Counted from the stretch's first letter, positions 18,070 through 29,175 are shown. The stretch: 64,000 bases of DNA from an uncultured bacterium (GCA_963749495.1 CAVVMW010000008.1:192001-256000), one strand, 5' to 3'. A program made the numbers and translations. Notes: generated by a model not told the origin, from the sequence alone.

Positions 18070-19713
18070 TCATTGCCGTGCCTCCAGGAAGGCCTTCAGT
18101 TCGGCGGCGGCCTTGCCGCCGAAACCGGGCACCTGGGCGATTTGTTCGATGCTCGCCAGCCGCAAGCGCTGGACGGAACCGAATTTCTTGAGCAAGGCCG
18201 CCTTGCGGCGCTGGCCGATGCTGGGGAATTCATCCAGGATGCTCTCGGAGATTCTTCGCAGCCGCAACTGGGCGTTATAGGTGTTGGCCAGCCGATGCGA
18301 CTCGTCCCGCACGCGCTGGAGCAGCTTGAGGGCGCCGCTCTCGGCCGGCAACCGCAAGGGTTCCTTTTGGCCGGGCCGATAGATCTCCTCGAACTCCTTG
18401 GCCAGCCCGATGATGGGGATAGCGCTTAACCCGAGCCTCTCCAACTCCGCGCACGCAACCCCGAGCTGTCCCTTCCCTCCATCGATGAGGATCAAGTCCG
18501 GCATACCGGGGGACGGAGGACGGAGGTCGGAGGTCGGAGGTCGGAGGTCGGAGGTCGGAGGATTGTTGACCAGCAACTCTGGCCTCCGATCTCCGGCCTC
18601 CGGTCTCTGTCCTCCGGCCTCCGGCCTCTGTCCTCCGGCCTCCGGCCTCTGGACTGTGGACTGTGGACTCTGGACTGTGGACTCTTTGAGCAGCCTCGAG
18701 TAGCGGCGATGCACCACCTCCGCTATCGAGGCGAAGTCGTCCTGGCCTTCGACGGTTTTGATCTTGAACCTGCGATAGTTGGCGCGGTTGGGCCGGCCGT
18801 TGCGGAAGCTCACGAGCGAGGCGACCTTGAAGGTGCCGCTGATATTCGAGATGTCGAAGCCCTCGATACGGGCCGGGGGCGCGGGCAGGCCCAGGAGCCG
18901 GCCCAACTCGGCCAGGTCCCTCTCCGGGTCGATGGCCAGCGGCAGACTATAGGGCAGGCGCTCGAAGTGGCTGACCTTTTCGGTAGTGCGGCGCAGGTCG
19001 GCCAGGAGGTCGCGCAACTCCGCCGCCCGCTCGTATTCCTGGGCGGCGGCGGCCTTCGTCATCTCCTGGGCGAGTTGCTCTTGCATCTCCTGGCACTGGC
19101 CGGCCAGGAAATCGCAGGCGGCCTTGACTTGTTCGAGGTACTGCTCGCGGGAGACATTGCCGGTGCAAGGAGCGGTGCAATACTTGAGGTGCGCGTAGAG
19201 GCAATGCTTGTAGTCGCGCTCGTTGGGGGTGAGCGAGCGGCAGCCGCGCAGGTGGAATTGGCGGCGCACCAGGGCGAGTGTGCCGCGCAAAGCGCCGGAG
19301 TTCGGGAACGGGCCAAAATAGCGGGCGCCGTCCTCCTGCTGGAGCCGGGTCAGGGTGAAGCGCGGGATCGGGTCGTTGAGGTTCACCTTGAGCATCAGGA
19401 ACCGCTTGTCGTCGCGGAAACTAACGTTGTACCGCGGGTGAAATTCCTTGATCAGCTTGCCCTCCAGGAGCAGCGCCTCCGGTTCGCTCCGCACCACGTG
19501 AAAGTCAAAATCCTGGATCGCCTCGCTCAGCGCCTTGAACTTCAAGTCCCAACCCATGCGGCGCGAGGGCTGAAAATACTGGCTCACACGCTTTCTCAGG
19601 TCCCGCGCCTTGCCCACGTAAATCACCGTCCCGAAACGATCCCGCATCAGGTAGATGCCCGGCTTGTGCGGCAGGGTACCGAGCTTTTTCTTTATATTCT
19701 CCGCCACCGACAT
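18070..19713 (-). CDS. uvrC: Excinuclease ABC subunit C with repeat-derived insertion
   Basis: GIY..YVGKA, IEGFDISN, DLILIDGGKGQ, RDESHR, HhH tail. Confidence 0.95.
   Translation of the reverse strand: MSVAENIKKKLGTLPHKPGIYLMRDRFGTVIYVGKARDLRKRVSQYFQPSRRMGWDLKFKALSEAIQDFDFHVVRSEPEALLLEGKLIKEFHPRYNVSFRDDKRFLMLKVNLNDPIPRFTLTRLQQEDGARYFGPFPNSGALRGTLALVRRQFHLRGCRSLTPNERDYKHCLYAHLKYCTAPCTGNVSREQYLEQVKAACDFLAGQCQEMQEQLAQEMTKAAAAQEYERAAELRDLLADLRRTTEKVSHFERLPYSLPLAIDPERDLAELGRLLGLPAPPARIEGFDISNISGTFKVASLVSFRNGRPNRANYRRFKIKTVEGQDDFASIAEVVHRRYSRLLKESTVQSPQSTVQRPEAGGQRPEAGGQRPEAGDRRPELLVNNPPTSDLRPPTSDLRPPSPGMPDLILIDGGKGQLGVACAELERLGLSAIPIIGLAKEFEEIYRPGQKEPLRLPAESGALKLLQRVRDESHRLANTYNAQLRLRRISESILDEFPSIGQRRKAALLKKFGSVQRLRLASIEQIAQVPGFGGKAAAELKAFLEARQ
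18511..18684. repeat. Compound heptamer arrays (GGAGGTC)n/(GGCCTCC)n/(GGACTGT)n in-frame in uvrC
   Basis: Encodes STVQSPQ / RPEAGGQ / PPTSDLR repeats between RLLKE and PDLILIDGG. Confidence 0.95.
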
Positions 19714-19756
19714 GCCACCCCCAACTTAGTCCGTGGTTGACGAGTATCCAGCCAAA

Positions 19757-19782
19757 TCCACAGTCCGCAGTCCACAGTCCAC
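19757..19782. repeat. Heptamer array (ACAGTCC)n
   Basis: Inverse of the (GGACTGT)n array at 20427-20458; the two bracket the TPR gene. Confidence 0.8.
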
Positions 19783-19801
19783 CAATTTGGGGTTTCTGGG
19801 G

Positions 19802-20314
19802 TCAGCGCTCGCCCCACTCCCGGATTTCGCCCCAGAGCGGTTCCAGGTCCGGTTCGGCCAGGGCCATCTGCTGGATGGTCCGCTTGCCGCCAGTCCGGGC
19901 TGCGCGAGCCAGCCAGGAGCGGGCGGCCTGGACCTGGCGCATCTGGCAGGCATAGCAAGCCAGATTGAAGGCGATGATGGCCTGGCGCGGGAACCGCTCG
20001 GATGCCGGCAGCAGGGTGTCCCAGGCCGCTTGCAGGCCGCCTTCGGGCACGCGGCGCAAGGCATAGGCCCGGAAGATCCAGCCCGCAGCCCGCTCGGGCG
20101 CTTCCTGGACCAGTTCGCGGGCCACCCGCAGGGCCTCCGGCCAGTTCTTCTCGTCCGACCACAGCGCCCACCGGACTTCCAGCACGTCCGGATGGTTCTG
20201 AGCGGCTGCTGAGATCGAGGCCAGTTCCGCCCTGGCCTCGGCCTGGTTGCCCAACTCCAGCCACCCGGCGGCGGCCGAGAGGCAATGCGTGTCTGGAGGC
20301 TCAAGCGGTCTCAT
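19802..20314 (-). CDS. TPR-like protein
   Basis: AAAGWLELG, AYALRR, FNLACYACQ, EPDLEPLW. Confidence 0.8.
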   Translation of the reverse strand: MRPLEPPDTHCLSAAAGWLELGNQAEARAELASISAAAQNHPDVLEVRWALWSDEKNWPEALRVARELVQEAPERAAGWIFRAYALRRVPEGGLQAAWDTLLPASERFPRQAIIAFNLACYACQMRQVQAARSWLARAARTGGKRTIQQMALAEPDLEPLWGEIREWGER

Positions 20315-20350
20315 CGGGGATACTCAATCCATGTCGCGGGCGGGATGTCA

Positions 20351-20460
20351 AGCGGAGCGCGGAGTGAGGAATGACGAATGACGAATGACGAAGGACGAAG
20401 GACGAAGGACGAGTCCCGGCGTGCAGACTGTGGACTGTGGACTGTGGACTGTGGACTCTG
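20351..20460. repeat. Drifting heptamer array (GAGCGCG to AATGACG to AAGGACG), then (GGACTGT)n
   Basis: Directly visible in the intergenic region. Confidence 0.9.
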
Positions 20461-20468
20461 TCCTCCGG

Positions 20469-20903
20469 CTACAGGCTGAGCATCTCTTCCTGGGTGAGGA
20501 GCCGCAGGCCCTGTTGTTCGAGGACGGCGCGGGCCTTGGCCAGTTCGTGGGTCTCGATGATGAGGATGGCCCGGTTGTTGGCGACGAACCCGGAACAGTT
20601 GTCCAGGTTGATGTCGTTGCGCCCGAGGCAGTCGGCGACGGCCTGGAGCGAGCCGGGGCGGTGGGGCACCTCGACGGCGAGGACCTCCAGGCGCGAGACC
20701 ATCAACCCCTTTTCCTGGAGGCACTGCGCCGCCAGGTCCAGCTTGTTGACCAGGAACTTCATCACGCCGAAGCTGCCGCTGTGGGCGATTGTCACCCAAC
20801 AGACGTTCACCCCCGCATCGGCCAGGACCTTGGCGACGCGGGCGGTTTGGCCCGGCTTGTTCTCGACGAACACCGCGAGCAAATTCATGGAACTCATAGT
20901 CAC
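20469..20903 (-). CDS. ACT-domain protein
   Basis: LAVFVENKPG, LAVEVPHRPGSL; typical paaK partner. Confidence 0.9.
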   Translation of the reverse strand: MTMSSMNLLAVFVENKPGQTARVAKVLADAGVNVCWVTIAHSGSFGVMKFLVNKLDLAAQCLQEKGLMVSRLEVLAVEVPHRPGSLQAVADCLGRNDINLDNCSGFVANNRAILIIETHELAKARAVLEQQGLRLLTQEEMLSL

Positions 20904-22204
20904 AAGGAGCGTTTGTCGATCACCCGTTTGGCCTTGCCCTCGGCGACGGGCAGGGCCCCGGCGGGGACCAGGTCCACCTTGGGCCGCACGAACAGTTCGG
21001 CCTTGAGTTGGTCGACCAGCCGCTGCTGGAGCGCGGCCAGGTGCTCGACCTGGCCGTCAAAGGCGGCGGCGGCCAACTCGACCTTGATCGTCATGTCATC
21101 CAGGCCCTCCAGCAGGATAAGGTAGTTGCGGCCGACCTGCGGGGCGGACATGAGGATGCGCTCGATCTGCTGCGGGAAGATGTTGACGCCGCGCACGATG
21201 AGCATGTCGTCGGAGCGGCCGGTGATGCGGTTGAGGCGGCGGTGGGTGCGGCCGCAAGCGCAGGGCTCGGGCAGGATCGAGGTGATGTCCCGCGTGCGGT
21301 AGCGGAGCAGGGGCATGGCCTCGCGCCGGAGGGTGGTCAGGACCAACTCGCCCGGCGCGCCCAGCGGCACTGGCTGGCCCGTGGCCGGGTCGATGATCTC
21401 CAGCAGGAAATGGTCCTCCCACAGGTGCAAGCCGGCCTTGTGCTCGCACTCGAAGGCGACGCCGGGGCCGTTCATCTCGGTCAGGCCGTAGGAGTTGTAA
21501 ACGTCGATGCCGAAGGCCTGCTCGATTCTCCGGCGCGTCTCCTCGGTATGGGGTTCGGCGCCCACGAAGGCCTTGCGCAGGGCAAGGTCTTTGCCGGGCT
21601 TGAGGCCCCGCTGTTCGAGGAACCCGGCAAAGTAGAGGGCGTAGCTGGGCAGGATGTGGATGGCGGTGGTGCGGAAGTCCTGCATGAGCATCAGTTGCCG
21701 CTCCGAAGTCCCGGGCCCGGCGGGGATGACCAGGCAGCCCACCTTCTCGGCGCCGTAATGCATGATGAGGCCGCCCGTGAACAGCCCGTAGCTCATCATG
21801 TTCTGGAGCACGTCTGCGCGGGTGACGCCGGTTGCGACCAGCGAGCGGGCGATCAACTCGGCCGAGTTGTTGATATCGTCGCGCGAGAAGAAGATGGCCT
21901 TGGGCTTGCCGGTCGTGCCGCTGGAAGTGTGGAGGCGCACCGGAGCGTGCGGTTCGATCGCCAGGAGGCCGTCCGGGTAAGTGGCCCTCAGGTCGGCCCC
22001 GGTCGTGAAGGGCAGCCGCTGCACGTCCTCCAGCGACTGGATGGCCTCGGGTTTGACCCCCAGTTGGGCCAGTTTCTCACGGTAAAACGGCACGCGTTGG
22101 GCCACGCGCCCAACCGTCTCCTGCAGCCGTTTGAGTTGCAGCCGCTCCAGCGCCGCGCGCGGCAAAGTCTCCGTTTCTCTGTCCCAATACATTTGAAGCA
22201 TCAC
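20900..22204 (-). CDS. paaK: Phenylacetate-CoA ligase family protein
   Basis: HTSSGTTGKP, YGLTEMNGPG, RYRTRD, GRSDDM..RGVN. Confidence 0.92.
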   Translation of the reverse strand: MMLQMYWDRETETLPRAALERLQLKRLQETVGRVAQRVPFYREKLAQLGVKPEAIQSLEDVQRLPFTTGADLRATYPDGLLAIEPHAPVRLHTSSGTTGKPKAIFFSRDDINNSAELIARSLVATGVTRADVLQNMMSYGLFTGGLIMHYGAEKVGCLVIPAGPGTSERQLMLMQDFRTTAIHILPSYALYFAGFLEQRGLKPGKDLALRKAFVGAEPHTEETRRRIEQAFGIDVYNSYGLTEMNGPGVAFECEHKAGLHLWEDHFLLEIIDPATGQPVPLGAPGELVLTTLRREAMPLLRYRTRDITSILPEPCACGRTHRRLNRITGRSDDMLIVRGVNIFPQQIERILMSAPQVGRNYLILLEGLDDMTIKVELAAAAFDGQVEHLAALQQRLVDQLKAELFVRPKVDLVPAGALPVAEGKAKRVIDKRSL

Positions 22205-23223
22205 CTCCTGGCGGTCTTGAGGACGGCGGGGGGTTCGACCGCTTTCTTATAGCAGAGCAGGCCCTCGACAATCGCCTGGGCGATCTGGCGGCGGTAGGTC
22301 GGGTCCAGAATCTTGCGGCCCTCGCCGGGATGCGACATGAAGCCGGCCTCGATGAGGATGGCGGGCATGACGGCGTCCTTGAGGACGACAAAGCGGGCGC
22401 GGCGCACGCCGCGGTCTTCGGTCTCCAGGTTCCGGGTGAGGGCCTTCTGCACCAGGTAAGCCAGGAAGAGGTTCTTGTCGTTGAGGTGGTTGCCGGGGCA
22501 GGGGGCGCAGTTGCCGGCCTCGCCGCGCGCGTTGGTCGAGGCCGCCCCGGCGGGGGTCAGGCAATAGACTTCGGTGCCGCGGACGGAATTGGGGGCGGCT
22601 TCCGCAGCGTTGAAATGGAGGCTGACGAAGAGGTCGGCCTTGCGGCGTTTGGCCTGTTCCGGCCGGTCGGCCAGTTCGACTGCGGAGTCTGAGTTGCGGG
22701 TCAGGGCGACCTTGAAGCCAGCGCGGGTCAGTTGCTGGCGCAATTCCTTGGCCAGGAGCAGGTTGCACTTGGCCTCCACGTTGTTGCCCACGCAGAAACC
22801 AGGGTCTTTGCCGCCGTGGCCCGGGTCCAGGCAGATGCTCCGGATGCGGGATGCGCCCAGGCAGTTGGTGGGCGGGGAGAGGATCGGGTGCAAGGTCGAG
22901 CGGAGGTCCTCTTGGGCGATATAGACCGTGCCGTTGCGGTGGGCCAGCGGGCAGAGCAGCCAGACCTGGATGCCGTTGATAAGGGCCTCGCAGGAATCGA
23001 CCGCCAGGAACAGCCGCGCCGAACGCCCGGTCACTTGGATGGTTTCGTCCTTCTTGAGCCACTCGACCTTCAGACCGTTGGTCCGGGCCCAATCGGTCAG
23101 ACGCACATACGCGCACTCCCTGCCGGCAACCTGCAGTTGGATCTGTTCCGGGCTGCGGGGCGCGCCCATGGCGCAGCCTAGGCCGGCCGCCAGCGCCAGC
23201 CCCAGAAGAAATGCCGACTTCAT
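22201..23223 (-). CDS. N-acetylmuramoyl-L-alanine amidase (Amidase_3)
   Basis: LDPGHGGKDPG, FVSLHFN, ILIEAGF; signal peptide. Confidence 0.93.
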   Translation of the reverse strand: MKSAFLLGLALAAGLGCAMGAPRSPEQIQLQVAGRECAYVRLTDWARTNGLKVEWLKKDETIQVTGRSARLFLAVDSCEALINGIQVWLLCPLAHRNGTVYIAQEDLRSTLHPILSPPTNCLGASRIRSICLDPGHGGKDPGFCVGNNVEAKCNLLLAKELRQQLTRAGFKVALTRNSDSAVELADRPEQAKRRKADLFVSLHFNAAEAAPNSVRGTEVYCLTPAGAASTNARGEAGNCAPCPGNHLNDKNLFLAYLVQKALTRNLETEDRGVRRARFVVLKDAVMPAILIEAGFMSHPGEGRKILDPTYRRQIAQAIVEGLLCYKKAVEPPAVLKTARR

Positions 23224-23358
23224 TCGGGCGCATCCTGCCCGGTGTCACGGCAAAGGTCAATCAGGTTTTCAACCTGGATCTTCCCCGCGAAATGTGATTG
23301 CCTCCGGGCCGAACGTCGCGTAGTCTCGCAGCCCGTCGCGCATCAAAAAACAAAGCTT

Positions 23359-24646
23359 ATGGAAAAATCTGCTGAACTAATACTCAATGGAACCCGGCAC
23401 AGTCTGCCTGTTGTCGTGGGTTCGGAAAAGGAACGGGCGGTCGACATCTCGGGGTTGCGCAACGAGACGGGCTTCATCACGCTGGACGACGGTTACGCCA
23501 ATACCGGCTCCTGCCAGAGCCAGATCACCTTCATCGACGGGGAGCAGGGCATCCTGCGCTATCGGGGGATTCCCATCGAGGAGTTGGCCGAGAAGTCCAC
23601 GTTCATCGAGGCGGCGCACCTGCTGATTATGGGCCGGCTGCCGACCAGCGCGGAGCTGAGGCGCTTTTCGGACCTGCTGACCGAGAACGAACTGCTCAAC
23701 GAGGCGATGAAGCACCATTTCGAGGGGTTCCCGGCCCATGCCCACCCGATGGCCATCCTCTCCTCGATGATCAATGCCTCCAGTTGCTTCTACCCCGAGT
23801 TGCTCGAGTACCGGGAGCAGCGACCACTTCGAGGTCGGCGCCGCCCGGCTCCTGTCCCAGGTGCGCACCATCGCCGCCTTCGCCTACCGCAAGTCGCGCG
23901 GCCTGCCCATCAATTACCCCAAGCCGGACCTGAAGTACACGGCCAATTTCCTGCACATGATGTTCTCGCTGCCCTACCAGGACTACGACCTCAAGCCGGA
24001 GGCGGTCAAGGCCCTGGATTTGATCTTCCTGCTGCACGCGGACCACGAGCAGAACTGCTCGACGGCGACGGTGCGGATGGTGGCGTCGAGCCGGGCCAAC
24101 CTCTTTGCGAGCGCGGCCGCGGGGGTCTGCGCCCTGTGGGGCCCGCTGCACGGGGGGGCCAACCAGGCGGTGCTCGAAATGCTGGAGACCATCCATCGCG
24201 CGGGCGACGACGGCTCCAGGTTCATCGCCGCCGCCAAGGACAAGAACAGCGGCAAGCGCCTGATGGGCTTCGGCCACCGCGTCTATAAGCACTACGACCC
24301 GCGGGCCAAGATCATCAAGCGGGTCTGTGACGAACTGCTGGAAAAGCTCCATATCGCCGACCCGTTGCTGGATATCGCGAAGCACCTCGAAGAGGCCGCC
24401 CTGCGCGATTCGTATTTCGTCGAGCGCAAGCTCTACCCCAACGTGGATTTCTACAGCGGCATCATCATGCGGGCCATCGGCATCCCTCTGGAGATGTTCA
24501 CCGTCATTTTCGCCATCGGCCGCATGCCGGGCTGGATTGCCAATTACAAGGAAGTGATGCAGGCGCCCCAGCGTATCTACCGGCCGCGCCAGATCTACAC
24601 CGGGCCGGTGCTCAACCATTACGTGCCGCTTAAAGAGCGGAAATGA
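23359..24646 (+). CDS. gltA: Citrate synthase (apparent frameshift near 23815)
   Basis: [15 protein letters not shown] in one frame; [33 protein letters not shown] in the next. Confidence 0.95.
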
Positions 24647-25881
24647 ACCTGCACGAGCACCAGGCCAAGCAGTTGCTGGCGGGCCGTGGAGTGGCCCTGC
24701 CGCCCGGCAGCGTTTGCGAAACCCCGGAAGCGGCCCGGGATGCCGCCCAGGCCCTCCTGGACCAGGGCGCCTGGCGCACCGCCGTCAAGGCCCAGATTCA
24801 CGCCGGCGGCCGCGGCAAGGGCACCTTCAAGAATGGTTACCAGGGCGGCGTCAAGCTCTGCCGGACGGCGCCCGAGGTCTTCGACAGCGCCAAGGCCATG
24901 CTGGGCAACGTGCTGGTGACCAAGCAGACCGGCCCGGAGGGGCGGCTGGTCCGCAAGCTGCTCGTGGCGCTGGCGCCAAACATCCGCAAAGAGCTTTACC
25001 TGGCCGTCCTGCTCGACCGCGCCCACTCGCGCCCGGTGCTCATGGCCAGCACCCAAGGGGGCATGGACATCGAGGAGGTGGCCGCCAAGTCACCGGAGCA
25101 GATCGTCCGCGAAACCGTTGACCCGGCCCTGGGCCTGATGCCCCACCAGGGGCGCAAAGTGGCCGTCGCCCTTGGGCTCAAAGGCGATTTGATCGCCCAG
25201 GGAGCCAAGCTGCTGCTCGGGGTATTTCAGACCTGGTGGGAGTGCGAGGCCTCGCTGGTGGAAATCAACCCGCTCTGCATCGTCGAGGACGCCCAGGGCA
25301 AACTCGCGCTCCTGGCCGTGGATGCCAAAATGGCCCTGGACGACAACGCCCTCTGGCGTCACCCGGACCTGGCGGCCATGCGCGACCTGGCCGAGGAGGC
25401 CCCGCTCGAAATCGAGGCGGGCAAACACAACCTCAATTATATCAAGCTCGATGGCAACATCGCCTGCCTGGTCAACGGCGCGGGGCTGGCCATGGCCACG
25501 ATGGACATCATTCAGCACTTCGGCGGACGGCCTGCCAATTTCCTGGATGTCGGCGGCGGGGCCAGCCAGAACCAGGTCACCGCCGCCTTCCGCATCATCC
25601 TCCAGGATGGCAACGTCCAGGGCATCCTGGTCAACATCTTTGGCGGCATCATGGACTGCAATATCATCGCCCAGGGCATCGTGGCGGCCGTCAAGGAGAC
25701 CGGCTTAACGCTCCCGCTGGTCGTGCGCCTGGAGGGCAACAATGTCCAGACCGCCCGGCAGACCCTCGCTGGCTCGGGCCTCACACTTATCAGCGGCACC
25801 TCGATGGCCGACGCGGCCCAGAAGGTGGTCGGCGCCGTGGCCCGCGCAAGGGCGGGAAGGGGAATGACGAATGACGAATGA
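24643..25881 (+). CDS. sucC: Succinyl-CoA synthetase beta subunit
   Basis: [37 protein letters not shown]. Confidence 0.97.
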   Translation: MNLHEHQAKQLLAGRGVALPPGSVCETPEAARDAAQALLDQGAWRTAVKAQIHAGGRGKGTFKNGYQGGVKLCRTAPEVFDSAKAMLGNVLVTKQTGPEGRLVRKLLVALAPNIRKELYLAVLLDRAHSRPVLMASTQGGMDIEEVAAKSPEQIVRETVDPALGLMPHQGRKVAVALGLKGDLIAQGAKLLLGVFQTWWECEASLVEINPLCIVEDAQGKLALLAVDAKMALDDNALWRHPDLAAMRDLAEEAPLEIEAGKHNLNYIKLDGNIACLVNGAGLAMATMDIIQHFGGRPANFLDVGGGASQNQVTAAFRIILQDGNVQGILVNIFGGIMDCNIIAQGIVAAVKETGLTLPLVVRLEGNNVQTARQTLAGSGLTLISGTSMADAAQKVVGAVARARAGRGMTNDE

Positions 25882-26013
25882 CGAATCCAGCGGCCAGACC
25901 GCCTGCTCAGGAGGGCTCTTCCGATCTGGGAGCTTGGAATCAGGACGTTGTGCCGGGTTTCACTCGCGCGCGAAGCGTGCCTTTTCGTCATTCGTCATTC
26001 GTCATTCGTCATT
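25863..26013. repeat. Inverted heptamer pair (AATGACG)n ... (CGTCATT)n between sucC and sucD
   Basis: The left arm supplies the sucC stop (..GMTNDE*). Confidence 0.93.
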
Positions 26014-26054
26014 TGGCGCACCAGCGTGCCCAGCCGCTTTTTGAACGCACACCT

Positions 26055-26944
26055 ATGTCCATTCTCATCACACCCCAGACTCGCGTCATGGTCCAGGGCA
26101 TCACCGGCGGCTTCGGCGCGCGGCACACGCAACTGAGCCTGGCCTATGGCACTCAGGTCGTGGCCGGGGTCACGCCCGGCAAGGGCGGGCAGCTCTTCGA
26201 GGGGAAGGTCCCGATTTTCGACACCGTTGCCCAGGCGGTGAAAGAGACCGGCGCCACCGCCTCGGCCATCTTTGTTCCGCCCGCGTTCGCAGCGGATGCG
26301 ATTCTCGAAGGGGTCGAGGCCGGACTGGAGCTTGTCGTCTGCATTACCGAAGGCATTCCGGTCAAGGACATGATCCAGGTGAAACGGGCGATGGAGGGCA
26401 AGGCGACGAGGCTGATCGGCCCAATTGCCCCGGGGTGGTCACACCGGGCGAGGGCAAGGAGTCGCACGGCGGCTGCCGGATTGGCATCGCCCCGAGCTAT
26501 ATCCACAAGCGCGGCCATGTGGGCGTGGTCTCCCGCAGCGGGACCCTCACCTATGAGGCGGTGTGGCAACTGACCTGCCGCGGCGTGGGCCAGTCCACAT
26601 GCGTCGGCATCGGCGGCGACCCGGTCCAGGGGACCTCCCACCTGGATGTCATCCGGATGTTCAACGACGATCCCGAGACCCACGGCATCATTGTGATCGG
26701 CGAGATCGGCGGTTCCGCCGAAGAGGAGGCGGCGCGGTGGATTGGGGAGCACTGCCGCAAGCCGGTGGCCGGTTTCGTGGCCGGCGCCACCGCTCCGCCC
26801 GGCCGGCGGATGGGCCATGCCGGCGCCATCGTCAGTGGCGGCGCCGGCACGGCTGCCGCCAAGATCCAGGCCTTTAGAGCGGCCGGCATCGGCGTCGCCC
26901 CGACCCCCTCGGAAATGGCGGAAACGTTGTTGAAGCTGATGTAG
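26055..26944 (+). CDS. sucD: Succinyl-CoA synthetase alpha subunit (apparent frameshift near 26425)
   Basis: [27 protein letters not shown] restored by one extra [17 protein letters not shown]. Confidence 0.95.
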
Positions 26945-26988
26945 GACCTGGGGCATTATCGGCGGCGTCGCGGGCGCGACGCCGGACG

Positions 26989-27879
26989 ATGTCGCTCATT
27001 GATGCCATCCTGAACCTGGCCGGGCTGTTGCTGTGGCTGAACTGGCGCTCGATGCGGTTTGACCCGCTGGCGCGCACTTCGGCCGCCACGCTGGCCGGCA
27101 CGCTCAAGCGGGCTGAACCCCGGCGGCTTGGAGGCTGGCAATTCCTGGGGGGCCTGGCGGGTCTGCTGGTGCTCCGGGCCTTGCTCTACTGGCAGGTAGG
27201 CGGGGCGGCGGATTGGACGCCCAAACTGGACCTCAACTGGGTGGTGCTGGCCTTCCAATGCGACCGGCTGGCGCTTCGGGGCGATGTCCTGGGCACGGCG
27301 CTTCTCTACTCGGTCCTGAGCTTTCTGCGTGTCCTGGCGGTGTTCTACTTCTGGCTGCTGGCGCTGGCGGTCATCAACCGGCGGGTGGCTCAGACCGACC
27401 CGGTGCAGAGGCTCCTGCGGTCGCACTTGGGGCTCGCAGGGCGCTGGCCTTGGCCGGTCCAGTGTCTGCTGCCCTGGGTCCTCATAGCCGGCCTCTGGAT
27501 GGCCCTCCACCCGTTGCTGGTCCACCTCAATGTCATCGGCAAGGCCCAGTCCCAGGCGCACGTGGTGGAACAGGGCCTCCTGGTAGGCGGCGGGATCTAT
27601 CTCAGCCTGAAGTATCTGCTGCCGGTCTTTTTGCTCGTCCACCTGGTCATTAGCTATGTGTACCTGGGCCAAAGCCCCCTTTGGGACTTCATCAGCATCA
27701 CCGCCCAGAACGTGCTGGCCCCGATGCGCCGGCTGCCGCTCCGCTACGCCACGGTGGATTTTGCCCCGCTGGCGGGGGCGGTCCTGATCTGCCTGCTCCT
27801 TCACGTCCTGCCGGTCCATGGCCTGCCCTGGCTCGAGGCGCGATGGAACCTGGCGCTCTGGCCGCGCTGGCCGCAGTAA
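26989..27879 (+). CDS. YggT-family membrane protein
   Basis: Multiple TM segments; LAPMRRLP..DFAPL. Confidence 0.7.
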   Translation: MSLIDAILNLAGLLLWLNWRSMRFDPLARTSAATLAGTLKRAEPRRLGGWQFLGGLAGLLVLRALLYWQVGGAADWTPKLDLNWVVLAFQCDRLALRGDVLGTALLYSVLSFLRVLAVFYFWLLALAVINRRVAQTDPVQRLLRSHLGLAGRWPWPVQCLLPWVLIAGLWMALHPLLVHLNVIGKAQSQAHVVEQGLLVGGGIYLSLKYLLPVFLLVHLVISYVYLGQSPLWDFISITAQNVLAPMRRLPLRYATVDFAPLAGAVLICLLLHVLPVHGLPWLEARWNLALWPRWPQ

Positions 27880-27880
27880 G

Positions 27881-28000
27881 AAAGGCTAAAGGCTGAAGGC
27901 TAAAGGCTAAAGTGCAGAGACTCAGTTTGTCTGGCGCCGCGCCCGCCGTTCTCCTTTAGCCTTTAGCCTTTAGCCTTTAGCCTTCAGCCTTTAGCCTTTA
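27881..28000. repeat. Inverted heptamer pair (AAAGGCT)n ... (AGCCTTT)n
   Basis: Between convergent genes; the right arm supplies the kinase stop (..LKAKG*). Confidence 0.95.
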
Positions 28001-29090
28001 ACTCCACGGGCAGTTTCAGCGTGACGGTGGTCTCGACGCCCGGCTGGCTCTGGATGGTCAGGCTGCCGCCGTGGAGTTCGGTCAGGCGTTTGGCAATGAT
28101 CAGGCCCAGGCCAAGGCCTTGCTGCTCGTGGAGCTTGCGGTCGAATTGCGTGTAGGCGCCGATGCGGCTGATCTGGTCGGGGGTCAGCCCGCGGCCATGG
28201 TCGGTGATGGCCAGGGCGACCCCATCGGGCGTGGAGCGGAGCCGGACACGGACGACGGTTGACAGGGTGGAGAACTTGAAGGCGTTTTGGACCAACTCGT
28301 CGACGATCTTGGCCAGGTAATCCGCGGAGACGGGAATTGGGCTGTCGGACAGTTCGAGGAGCAGGTCGGGTGTGCGTCCGGCGAGCAGGGCCTGGGCCCG
28401 GGCATGTTCGGCGATCAGCTCGGTTGGGAAGCTGGTGGTCTGGGCGGTCAGGGAACTGAGCAGGTGCGGTTCGGTGCCCAGGAGTTCGATCTGGGTGTAG
28501 ATGAGGAAGTTCTCGACGAGGCGCTCCAGGCGTTTGCCCGAGTCGTAAATGATCTGGCCCATCTCGGCGACCTCCTTGGGAGGCAGCGAATTGGCCTCGG
28601 CGGTCAGGATTTCGCCGTAGGCGAGGATGCCGTTGAGGGGGGTGCGCATCTCATGGGGGAGCATGAGACTGATGTTGGTGCGCAAGTCGGCCAGGTCCTT
28701 CTCGGCGGCCTGGCGAAGGGTCTGGGCCTTCTTGAGCCGCGCCTCGACTGCGGCATAGAGGGCCTCCAGCGTGAAGGGCTTGGGCAGGTAATCGTCCGCG
28801 CCCAACTCCATGCCGTGGCGCATGCCGGCGTGGTCGGCCCGGCCGGTCATTAGAATGAAGGGAATAAAGGAGGTGGCCAGCTCGCTCCGGAGCGCCGAGA
28901 GCGTGACATACCCGTCCACCCTCTCCATGTTCACATCGCACAAGATCAGGTCCGGCAACTCCTTGCGGGCCGCCTCGATGCCCTGCGGACCGTTCTCGGC
29001 CAGCACGACCTCAAAACCCTTCTGGCGCAACGCCACCTGCAGCATGTCGCGCAGCCATTCCTCATCATCGATGACCAGGATCTTCTTCAT
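27984..29090 (-). CDS. Hybrid response regulator / histidine kinase
   Basis: ILVIDD, DLILCD (REC); HEMRTPL (HisKA); NAFKF, DHGRG, GLGL (HATPase). Confidence 0.95.
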   Translation of the reverse strand: MKKILVIDDEEWLRDMLQVALRQKGFEVVLAENGPQGIEAARKELPDLILCDVNMERVDGYVTLSALRSELATSFIPFILMTGRADHAGMRHGMELGADDYLPKPFTLEALYAAVEARLKKAQTLRQAAEKDLADLRTNISLMLPHEMRTPLNGILAYGEILTAEANSLPPKEVAEMGQIIYDSGKRLERLVENFLIYTQIELLGTEPHLLSSLTAQTTSFPTELIAEHARAQALLAGRTPDLLLELSDSPIPVSADYLAKIVDELVQNAFKFSTLSTVVRVRLRSTPDGVALAITDHGRGLTPDQISRIGAYTQFDRKLHEQQGLGLGLIIAKRLTELHGGSLTIQSQPGVETTVTLKLPVELKAKG

Positions 29091-29175
29091 TTGCTCAGTG
29101 CCATTGGCCCCAGCCTAGAACACTCATCGGCAAGTTGTCCACTTGGTTTAGGCGGTTCCGGGCCGGGCGGAACCC

